Origin: Acaryochloris marina MBIC11017 | GTDB taxonomy: Bacteria; Cyanobacteriota; Cyanobacteriia; Thermosynechococcales; Thermosynechococcaceae | Length of the DNA stretch: 32,000 bases | Assembly: GCF_000018105.1 (NCBI RefSeq) | Contig: NC_009933.1 | Span: 88,694-120,693 of the forward strand | Direction: 5' to 3' | Shown here: piece after piece, positions 8,623 through 16,595 of the stretch | Numbering within the stretch: the first letter of the stretch is position 1 | How the letters are laid out: each line of letters opens with the position of its first letter | Notes under the pieces: model-generated | The model's database searches: none | The model's input: the letters and a program-made list of their open reading frames with translations, nothing else | What the model was told of the DNA's origin: nothing | Translations under genes and position numbers: made by a program

Positions 8623-9925
8623 GATAGCCATCGCTCTGGTCTTGGGGGTGATCATCGTCCTCTATCAAGCGACCCATGCCCATGCGGATTTTGCCGAAGA
8701 CCTGATCAGCGATTTAGAACCCTCCGTTGCCCATGACGCATTTTGGGATGACCTCTGGAACGCCACCTTTGACCGCTCCACGGGTATTAGTGGTGATACC
8801 CAAAGAATTGCCTTTGGAGCTGTGGGTACAGTTGTCCGATGGGTGACCCTGATTGCCTTATTCGTGGTCCTTCTCCATTACGGGTCGGGGATGATGTCCA
8901 GCGGCACCAGCTTGCGAAAAGGCAATGAGTTCACCATTAAAAGTGTCTTCCCCGTCGTGGTCATCCTCGCCCTCCTCGCCAATCAGTTTGCTGGGGTCCA
9001 TGCCGTGGGGATGTTCGTCAATCAGGCCCGCTTAGGGATTACGGGAGAAGCCTATGCTCAATCTGAGTTTGCCACCACCTTCCGCAGTGCGATTAAGGAT
9101 GCCTATTTCTCAGAGAAGTATCGAGAGAATGTGGCCTTTCGCGCCAAGCAATGCAACCAGATTGAGACCCCCATCACCACCATTCCCTCCTTAGAAGAAC
9201 CCACGAATCCCGAGACGCCCCTCACGGATGAGCAGCGTCAGTACTACAAGAAGGTTCGGTGTATTCAGTCGATGGTGGACTATATCAAAACCCTGCAAGC
9301 CAAAGTCGAGGCTGAATGTGCCGATGGCTGTGTCGGTACAAGGGTGGGTATCGTCAAAGACTTGAAGAGGTACGGGGTCCAAGGTGTGCCTGCGATTGTG
9401 GCGGAAAACCTGGATACCTTCGTCATCCCCATTCAAAAACTAGGAGAACTCGCGGCAGATGCCGCTAAGCATGGGGCACAGGAGACCTACCGCCTAATCT
9501 TCCGAGCCATTCAATGGGCCTGGACCTCGTTTTTGAATATGGGGTTCTATCTGACGGCAGTCGGCGCACCGATTACCTATGCCATTTCCCTGATGCCCAC
9601 CAAGCGACATTTTCTCTTTGATTTGAACCTGTTCTCCCTGCTGATGTTTTCCCTAGCGGAGTTTGCCAATATCTTCTGCATTGGAATCGTGGCCCTGATG
9701 CTGCAACGACCCACCCTAGTTGACTTGGGCGGGTATATCTTCCCTTTGACCTATGGATTGCTCGCCCCCTTGGTGTCCGGTTCAATCTTCCTCGGTGGGT
9801 TTAAGGCCGCTGCTAGTTTTCGAGGGGGTGCCTTGGGTGTTGCCAGTGCAGCGGGGGGCATTGCAGGGGGCATTGCCACCTCAGCGATGATTTCAGCCCG
9901 GAACCGCCGAGAGCAATATTACTAA
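8447..9925 (+). CDS. Polytopic membrane protein, VirB6/TrbL-like topology (start uncertain)
   Basis: An N-terminal signal-anchor (KRNRRIAIALVLGVIIVLYQATHAHA) is followed by at least 5 TM helices and a Gly/Ala-rich tail. The in-frame ATGs at 8447 and 8507 overlap the upstream gene by 176 and 116 nt. No canonical start lies nearer the signal-anchor. Confidence 0.6.
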   Translation: MPLNCDKTVRYLPPSTTTIPMKSARICINTWPQPTPVTCFISQTWWNLSQILQDKRNRRIAIALVLGVIIVLYQATHAHADFAEDLISDLEPSVAHDAFWDDLWNATFDRSTGISGDTQRIAFGAVGTVVRWVTLIALFVVLLHYGSGMMSSGTSLRKGNEFTIKSVFPVVVILALLANQFAGVHAVGMFVNQARLGITGEAYAQSEFATTFRSAIKDAYFSEKYRENVAFRAKQCNQIETPITTIPSLEEPTNPETPLTDEQRQYYKKVRCIQSMVDYIKTLQAKVEAECADGCVGTRVGIVKDLKRYGVQGVPAIVAENLDTFVIPIQKLGELAADAAKHGAQETYRLIFRAIQWAWTSFLNMGFYLTAVGAPITYAISLMPTKRHFLFDLNLFSLLMFSLAEFANIFCIGIVALMLQRPTLVDLGGYIFPLTYGLLAPLVSGSIFLGGFKAAASFRGGALGVASAAGGIAGGIATSAMISARNRREQYY

Positions 9926-9931
9926 ACTAAT

Positions 9932-9961
9932 TTGCTGCTCCTTCCTCATTCTGTCTATGTT
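9932..9961 (+). promoter_or_regulatory. Recurrent promoter-like motif P2 (weaker -35)
   Basis: aatTTGCTGctccttcctcattctgtcTATGTTca, with the 18-nt spacer. It ends 39 nt before the ATG at 10001. Confidence 0.45.
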
Positions 9962-10000
9962 CACACTAAGCCCATGAGGTCATTGAGAGGTCAATAAAAA

Positions 10001-10474
10001 ATGCCCTTATATCTCACCCTAATCGTCGTCTTTGTTGCTTTTGCCATTCTGCTGATGGTCATTCGAGGTGGAATGGCTGAACTCAATCCCCTATCAGGCT
10101 TGATGGCCTGTGTTGTCTTGACGCTGTTTGCCGCTTATCACCGCATCTTTGCTGGGGCAGACCAGCTTTCGGGGTTAGATTCTTTTTTCACCTTGGGTTG
10201 TGGGTTAATTACCTGTCAGCTCTTTATCCCTGAGTTTCGATTCTGGTGGTCGGACTTCCGGTTTATCTATGGCATGACCGTGCTGTTCTATTTCGCCTTC
10301 TGCTGGACCTTTGACCATATATACATCGTTTGGTTTTGGTTTACGGGATTTGTGCTGTTTCTACTGTTGGTGCAATTCCTTTTTGGAGTGGCGAGTTCTG
10401 GTGGTGGGAGAAGGATTAGAGGGGTTTGTGATCCTGATTCCGAGTTTGATTATTCGATCTACGACGAGTGGTAA
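10001..10474 (+). CDS. Small integral membrane protein (about 4 TM), unknown function
   Basis: 157 aa, strongly hydrophobic and Phe/Trp-rich. It is the first gene after motif P2. Confidence 0.65.
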   Translation: MPLYLTLIVVFVAFAILLMVIRGGMAELNPLSGLMACVVLTLFAAYHRIFAGADQLSGLDSFFTLGCGLITCQLFIPEFRFWWSDFRFIYGMTVLFYFAFCWTFDHIYIVWFWFTGFVLFLLLVQFLFGVASSGGGRRIRGVCDPDSEFDYSIYDEW

Positions 10475-10480
10475 TGAACG

Positions 10481-11158
10481 ATGACTAAGAAACTCTCTCG
10501 CTTCCTCCCCCTACTGGTGGTATCCGCCTTACTGCTGAATATCCTCGTATGCTTTTCCTGGTTTACTCAAGGAGCTAGAGCGCAAGCCCCCTCTCAGGTG
10601 TATATCCAAACCGACTCTGGGTTGGTGGTCAAAGGTAAGCCCGTGGATCCCCTCTACCGGAGTGATGAGGTGGTGATGCGGTTTGCCCAGGAATTTGTCT
10701 CCGTGGCCTACACCTGGCCGATGAATGGCGAAGGTCAAAATGAAGGCAAGCTAATCTATCCCCTGCCCATGTACACCCAAGCTTTCAAAATCCATCCTGA
10801 TATCCGGGCAGAGTGGTTAGGGCGTCAGCATATCACCTATGCCAAAGCCAAAGACCCTTTTGCTAACTATGTGGGCAAGCCCCAGCATACAAAGACGACC
10901 ATTACGGGAGCCAAGATTGAGCGTATGGACCCAGAGGCCCATGAATGGGATGTGCGCTTGTATGCCACCCAATACCGCTTTGATGGTCAAAACAACCTGA
11001 TCTTTAACCCCGTCAAGGTCAACAAGATATTGACCCTGAGAGCCGTCCAAGGCTTTCGACCCAACTGGCAAATTGCCGATACGGACCTGGGCCGCATGAT
11101 TGATGATGCCCTGCATTCAGAGCTACTGATTACCAACATTGTGGATCTGCCCACCTAG
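10481..11158 (+). CDS. Bitopic membrane protein; candidate VirB8/TrbF-like (NTF2-like) T4SS component
   Basis: 225 aa. N-terminal anchor FLPLLVVSALLLNILVCFSWF followed by a ~190-aa soluble domain. The size, topology and gene order fit VirB8, but I recognise no diagnostic motif. Confidence 0.5.
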   Translation: MTKKLSRFLPLLVVSALLLNILVCFSWFTQGARAQAPSQVYIQTDSGLVVKGKPVDPLYRSDEVVMRFAQEFVSVAYTWPMNGEGQNEGKLIYPLPMYTQAFKIHPDIRAEWLGRQHITYAKAKDPFANYVGKPQHTKTTITGAKIERMDPEAHEWDVRLYATQYRFDGQNNLIFNPVKVNKILTLRAVQGFRPNWQIADTDLGRMIDDALHSELLITNIVDLPT

Positions 11159-11191
11159 AACAACCCAGAGAGCAAAGACAAGGAGCGAGAC

Positions 11192-12544
11192 ATGCCGACA
11201 GACAAACGCCAGGTCGAGGAAGCCAAAGCGGCATTGTTGGATGACCCGGAACTCAATGAACTCTTAGAAGAGAACAAGATTGCTGAAGGTCGGCCCATCA
11301 ACGATCTAGAGAAACTGGTCGATCCAGGGGATAAAGTCAAACATCCCTACTATCTCCAGCCCTGGTTCAGGATTGGGAGTATCGCCATCCCCCTGATCAT
11401 CCTGGGATTTGTGGGCTATAAGATTTGGGGGCCAAAACCCCCGGTGGTGATGGCCTTGGGGGACAAGGATAAGCAGATTATCGAGCTGACGGAAAAACTT
11501 CAGCAGTCTGAATTAGAGAAAGCCCAGCTTACCCAAGACAATATGGGATTGACTCAGGCCGCAGAGTTAGAGCCATTTCAACAGCGACAAAAGCGGCTCA
11601 AGCAGCAGGCTCAGAAAGCTCGACAAGCCAAACAAAAGAAGCCTGTGCCTGTGGGGGGTAAACCCGTTCAGCGCCAGAATACCGTTAGCCTTCCTCGTCG
11701 GCTCTATCGCAGTCCATCTCCCAAAAGCAGCTTTACCCCAGCTAACCCCAGCCCCTCCTTGCTTGCGAAGGGTCCCTCATTGAGTGAATGTGTGGGCTAT
11801 GTGGAGCGGAATATTAACGTTCCAGGCTGTAAACGCTATCAGATTAGCCAGAAACCCCAGTCATCACCTCAGACCAATTCCATTGTCAAAAACCCAACAG
11901 TCCCTCGTCCCGCCTATACGCCAAGGCCCCAGACTAAGCCTGTTAAGTTGGCCTTTGCCAGTAAGAGCAAGTCCAAACCTCGGAAAAAAGTAACGCCTGA
12001 CTATCAGGTGAACTTTATGGCAGGTGAGATTCAAACGGTGGATCAGTTTGAGGCGGAGTTCTATGGTGCAGGCCAGAGCGCTACTGCACCGACGCGCACC
12101 TCAATGAAGGCCAAAGTGATTGATCATGTGGAATGGTTATCCCCTCAAGAGGCTCAACAGATGGTCATCCCTTTGAAAATTACCAGTGGTCCCCACAAAG
12201 GTCAGATGGCTGAGGCCAAGATTCAGCAGATGAATGGCTTGCAGTTCACGGCTCATGTGGTCAGCATCAATGGTCAAGCGATTGAACCAGGGACGATGGA
12301 GGTCAGGCGCAAGAATACCAAGTACCTGAGAGCGCAACTGAAGCGTCAGGGAGGAGAGTCTTTTGGGGATAGAGTGATGGGGACGGTAGCTGCAATAGGT
12401 GGGGAGATTGCCACGGATCAGTTAGTGGATGTGCGGGGTGGGAGTCACATTTCGAGGCTCGTATCTAATCCTCAGCGTAGGACCAGGGAAGTGACGCAGT
12501 ACTGGCGGTTCGATGGAGAGGTTGAGTTGGTGCCAGTGGGTTGA
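11192..12544 (+). CDS. Bitopic membrane protein with coiled-coil, Pro-rich linker and C-terminal beta domain; VirB10/TrbI-like architecture
   Basis: 450 aa with an AAGGAG SD sequence upstream. Acidic N-terminus, TM segment IGSIAIPLIILGFVGYKIW, coiled-coil, a long Pro/Lys/Ser-rich linker and a C-terminal ~150-aa beta-rich domain. Confidence 0.55.
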   Translation: MPTDKRQVEEAKAALLDDPELNELLEENKIAEGRPINDLEKLVDPGDKVKHPYYLQPWFRIGSIAIPLIILGFVGYKIWGPKPPVVMALGDKDKQIIELTEKLQQSELEKAQLTQDNMGLTQAAELEPFQQRQKRLKQQAQKARQAKQKKPVPVGGKPVQRQNTVSLPRRLYRSPSPKSSFTPANPSPSLLAKGPSLSECVGYVERNINVPGCKRYQISQKPQSSPQTNSIVKNPTVPRPAYTPRPQTKPVKLAFASKSKSKPRKKVTPDYQVNFMAGEIQTVDQFEAEFYGAGQSATAPTRTSMKAKVIDHVEWLSPQEAQQMVIPLKITSGPHKGQMAEAKIQQMNGLQFTAHVVSINGQAIEPGTMEVRRKNTKYLRAQLKRQGGESFGDRVMGTVAAIGGEIATDQLVDVRGGSHISRLVSNPQRRTREVTQYWRFDGEVELVPVG

Positions 12545-12602
12545 TGCGGTGTGTATCAAAGTTACTGAATTGTTTACAGAAAACATCAAACTGCAGCAAC
12601 GA

Positions 12603-12637
12603 TTTCAGCTCAATTCACCACATGTACTGAGCTGAAA
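12603..12637. terminator. Perfect 10-bp-stem hairpin between convergent genes
   Basis: TTTCAGCTCA-(15 nt)-TGAGCTGAAA. It lies 59 nt after the stop at 12544 (+) and 19 nt after the stop of the - strand ORF 12656..13054. There is no clear T-run. Confidence 0.4.
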
Positions 12638-12655
12638 GCCTGATAGTGATTTGAA

Positions 12656-13054
12656 TTAGGCTTTAGATCCCTCGGGACTGTATTGCTTCGTAAGTTTATC
12701 ATGCAATTTAAACCAGCCTGAAAGCCTCAATCTCATCCATAAACCACTTAGAATCATTTTTGCAGGACCGTTAATAATACTAAGATCCTTAATGCTCTCC
12801 CAAATAGTTATTCCGGCAGCTTTGCGATAGTCAGTACCAGTAATAACGCCTAAAAAAGTTGGCATGTTATCACGAGAGATACCATACTTAATACAAAAAT
12901 CAGCTAATTCATTGCAATATTGAACGTATTCTAAGACATCTTGGTTGGTAATTTTTTTTATTTGAATATCTGCCAAAATAGCTCTTGCCTCTAAAAAAGT
13001 AGGGGCAGTTGTTGATTTTTGAGCACAATTAAAGGCTTCTTTGTTATAGTCCAT
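12656..13054 (-). CDS. Hypothetical protein (AT-rich island)
   Basis: 132-aa ORF in the low-GC block. I recognise no motifs. Confidence 0.45.
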   Translation of the reverse strand: MDYNKEAFNCAQKSTTAPTFLEARAILADIQIKKITNQDVLEYVQYCNELADFCIKYGISRDNMPTFLGVITGTDYRKAAGITIWESIKDLSIINGPAKMILSGLWMRLRLSGWFKLHDKLTKQYSPEGSKA

Positions 13055-13395
13055 ATTTCGATAAATTAACGACTTAAATTAATTTTGGAAATGAAATTAC
13101 AGTTTGCAGCTTTATAATTTGAGTAACTAATTTATCATATGCTTTTGGTGAAATATCAATTTCAAGAATTTAATTTATGCGAATGCTTATATTTCTTCAC
13201 ATTAGCAACTCTCATATTACTTTTTTATACAATTAAAAAAATCATAAACTACAGCTTTTGTATGCCTCTTAGAATATTCGTTTCATGATGTGCTATTAGC
13301 TCAATTTATGCCACGATCTGGCCTAGAATTTTAGTCATGAACCATATCGTTAGCTTGATGTTGAAAGAGGTCTTGTCCCTGTTATATCAAACGAT

Positions 13396-13531
13396 TTTCA
13401 CCGCATAAGTTATCATGCCTATGTTTCCTTTGTAGCCCATCTACAGGGGATTCCTGTTTGTAACCCTCACTGTTCTCAAGCGATGCCCTACCCTCATCGC
13501 CTCCATCCTTATTGCAGCCTTTCAGACCCTT
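13396..13531 (+). pseudogene. Decayed duplicate of the promoter motif plus first ~26 codons of the hydrolase gene at 16596
   Basis: 13416..13531 aligns with 16558..16673: 116 bp with about 8 mismatches. It carries its own TTTCAC-N18-TATGTT motif. Both candidate start codons are mutated (TTG to CTG, GTG to GTA). The reading frame runs directly into AT-rich DNA. Confidence 0.85.
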
Positions 13532-13634
13532 AGTAAAAAGGAATTTTCCAGAGTATTTCTAAAGAAAATTAGTAGAATAATCTGTTGTTTCTCGTCAGTT
13601 ATTCAAATTAGAATCGAGTTAAAATATTTCAATT

Positions 13635-14609
13635 TTATGTTGGGATAAATACCAAAGCCTGTTGAACCAAAGTTCTTTGTTTCTTGCCGGGAAAGATTTT
13701 TGGCTCTGATGTAAACCAGCCATCACCATGGTAAATAGCCCAAAATGTACCTTCCCAACCATCAACATCTGCATCATCTTTCAAAAGACCAATTTTTGAG
13801 TATTGTGGTTCAGATGCAAAAAAATTAAATTTACTAGCAATACCAGATTTGATAGGCCGTCTAGCATTATCAATAAACCAACGCAATATTTCACCGTGTT
13901 CATCATTTGGGTTTATACCTGGAATGTCAACCCAGTAGCTTTCATGCGTAAGTGTATCTCTTGTTCCGAGCTTAGAAGTACTACCGTACTGTATAGAGTA
14001 ATTGGAAACTTCATCAAACCTGGGTGCATTTTCCAAAATATCGATAGGTTCTTTATACTCTGGCGGATTGTATGTTGCTGCAGGATCTAATAAAGTCATG
14101 GTATTTACACCACCAAGGAACTTTGCAGCATAGGCTCCTACATAGCTACCTAAGCTATGGGCAATTATGTTTATCTGCTTTGTTTCCACACGAGCTTGTT
14201 TCAGTATCTCTGACAGGGCATGACCAACACGTTCAACAGTTAGTGAGACAGAAATATAGTTTAGTGGTATCCCCTTTAAAGTGCTGCTTTTTGCAGCAGT
14301 ACTCCAGTCCATGATTAAAATCTGATCGGATGGACTAATTCCGTATAGATTTTCAGTATTGACATGTGGTATTACTTCGCCTTGTTTAGATCGAATTATT
14401 TCATCAAGGCTATTTACAAAGTGTTCAATCCTACTAGATTTAGGACTACTATTAAATCCGTGTATAACTATCCATATATTTGGTGCATTAGCATCTATTT
14501 TGTAGCCTCTTTCTTTGTGGTTATATGGAAAAAGAGATACTTTATAATTGATACTGACTTCATATTCTAGACTTGTTTTAAGCTGGTCTAAATCAGGATG
14601 ATTATTCAT
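13635..14609 (-). CDS. Pancreatic-lipase-family (PF00151-like) lipase or phospholipase A1
   Basis: 324 aa. Motifs are collinear with pancreatic lipase: IVIHGF, IMDW, VERVGHAL, NIIAHSLGSYVGAYAA (nucleophile elbow GxSxG, about 14150..14170) and TLLDPA (catalytic Asp context). No N-terminal signal peptide. Confidence 0.8.
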   Translation of the reverse strand: MNNHPDLDQLKTSLEYEVSINYKVSLFPYNHKERGYKIDANAPNIWIVIHGFNSSPKSSRIEHFVNSLDEIIRSKQGEVIPHVNTENLYGISPSDQILIMDWSTAAKSSTLKGIPLNYISVSLTVERVGHALSEILKQARVETKQINIIAHSLGSYVGAYAAKFLGGVNTMTLLDPAATYNPPEYKEPIDILENAPRFDEVSNYSIQYGSTSKLGTRDTLTHESYWVDIPGINPNDEHGEILRWFIDNARRPIKSGIASKFNFFASEPQYSKIGLLKDDADVDGWEGTFWAIYHGDGWFTSEPKIFPGKKQRTLVQQALVFIPT

Positions 14610-14785
14610 TTGATTTTTAGAGATACTCTTGAATTGTGATAGTTAGAACTATTTATTTAAAAGATTGTTTGCTCTTAGCTCTATAACTTAACTTGTATTT
14701 TGAAAAGACTATTAGCACTTTTAAAGTCAATCTTTAAAATTATTTAATATCTTTCTAAAATTTCTGTGACTCATTTTCTCTTAAC

Positions 14786-15712
14786 TCAAAAACCCTTACT
14801 GACAAACTCTTGAATTGAATTCATCATTTCTTCAAAAAAAGGATTTTTAGGTTCCAATGGAGAGCCATTTAAAGCCAAGACAGGTTCTTTCAGTACAACA
14901 CTGGCGTGAGGAACATTGAAGTGCTTGCCAATCCTATAGAACTCAGTGTTCTTATTATTCTTTGTAGTTTTGAAAATTAGTTCCTCTACCCCCTCAATAT
15001 CCGCCGCCTGGTCGCATTCAGAGTGAGCTACGAATAGAGGTTGGCTTAAAGGACTTTTTTTACCAAGTTTTCCAGTTATTTTTTCTACTTCTTGAATAAG
15101 ATTAGACAGCATTTTAGCGCCACCTGTATCCATCCTTGAGTATCGGTAGGGGTTATCGCCAATGAGGGGTTCACCCCATCTATCCTCCACCAAGTCAACA
15201 ATTGATGAAATTGGGGTGCGTAGTAAAAATTCCTTAAGATTACCCTTCTTCCCCGCAATATCTAACGCAGCAGAGAACAGAAATATGCCTCCATTGATAT
15301 CATCAGAATCTTTCATTGCCATAAAGACACTTAAAGAACCCCCAGTTGAAAGCCCACCAATGGATACTTTCTTCCCTTTAGTTTTTGCGTATTCAACCGC
15401 AAATTCTACATTTCGCTTCCATTCTTCTAAAGAAACACCTTTCATCCCATTCGGATTAAGTAGGCCATGACCTTGGAGTAATGGAATATAAACATTGAAC
15501 CCTAAAGTCTTGTGGAAGAACTCACCAATTGCCCTCATGAAATAGGGAGAGTCGGTCAAACCATGGATTAGAACAATTGCTTGATCACGCTGATCTTCCC
15601 ATTCCATAATTACGGGATGACATTCTGGTCTAATATCTGCTTCAGTAATATAACTGAAATTCTTATAATATTCTTCCCAGATTTTGAAATTATTTTTTGA
15701 ATAATCTAACAT
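14786..15712 (-). CDS. Alpha/beta hydrolase, Est/YvaK-like carboxylesterase or monoacylglycerol-lipase type
   Basis: 308 aa. Motifs are VLIHGLTDSP, LLQGHG, IGGLSTGG (GxSxG, about 15342..15362), an Asp in AHSECDQAAD and a His in NVPHASV. No signal peptide. Confidence 0.8.
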   Translation of the reverse strand: MLDYSKNNFKIWEEYYKNFSYITEADIRPECHPVIMEWEDQRDQAIVLIHGLTDSPYFMRAIGEFFHKTLGFNVYIPLLQGHGLLNPNGMKGVSLEEWKRNVEFAVEYAKTKGKKVSIGGLSTGGSLSVFMAMKDSDDINGGIFLFSAALDIAGKKGNLKEFLLRTPISSIVDLVEDRWGEPLIGDNPYRYSRMDTGGAKMLSNLIQEVEKITGKLGKKSPLSQPLFVAHSECDQAADIEGVEELIFKTTKNNKNTEFYRIGKHFNVPHASVVLKEPVLALNGSPLEPKNPFFEEMMNSIQEFVSKGF

Positions 15713-16537
15713 GCTATATATCCAAATCTTAAAAATGAATATAGGAATATATTCGAGTATATAAAAACATATTCAATTTTAGTTGTTTTGGCAAATGAAA
15801 TACATTTTTCTTTGCCTTATGGACTATTTGTGATACTCAATAATAATATTTCTTTCAGGTTGCATAAAATATCAATTTCGATCTGATATATACTGAATTT
15901 ATTGAGATTAAGTCTAATTATTTAGAAAAATTTAATAGGTGTAAGTTTCTATGTCTTTGTATTACTGGTTAATGATTTATCACAAATTTACGAGCTTTAA
16001 TCGATATTTAGGTTGATAATAAGCCTCTGTCCTAAAAATAAATGTATGTTACTTGCCCTTTCACGATTTAAGGTCAAATTATGTCACAATGCCTTGATTA
16101 AAGATGAGATCAATAAAGAATGATATCCTGACCTAAAACCTTGATAGGATCCTCTCTACTCGATCTTAAATTTCATATTAAATTGATTACTAATTGGTAA
16201 AAGTAATCATGTTGGTTACTTTTACCTTAGTGGTGCGTAAACTTTCTTATGCTGAAAATAGAAGAGCCTAAAGAATTGATATCAATGGTAGAAACCATCA
16301 CTTTCGTTGAATTTTCCTGAAGAACCCTCACCCATAATCCTTTATAGAATCCTTTGCTCGTAAGTGATACAAAGGTAAGCAACCTTGAATTTTGGAATAA
16401 GTTACACATGTGTAGCCAAAATTTTGTGTTGCTAATACTGATTAGTGGCTTTTCCTGATATCAAGTCTGCATCTTTGGTAAAGGTGACTTCCCAAGCTAT
16501 GCAGGCAACAGCCTCAACCCCTGACATATCAACCCAT

Positions 16538-16567
16538 TTGCACCTCAAAGGTCATCCTGCCTATGTT
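16538..16567 (+). promoter_or_regulatory. Recurrent promoter-like motif P3
   Basis: ccaTTTGCACctcaaaggtcatcctgccTATGTTtc. It ends 28 nt before the TTG start at 16596. Confidence 0.6.
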
Positions 16568-16595
16568 TCCTCTGTAGCCCATCTACAGGGGATTC

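Noticed and set aside
16227-16409. 60-aa - strand ORF followed by a perfect 11-bp-stem hairpin (16196..16226)
   Set aside because: The ORF is at the size threshold in AT-rich DNA with no motifs. The hairpin is real, but the coding status cannot be supported.
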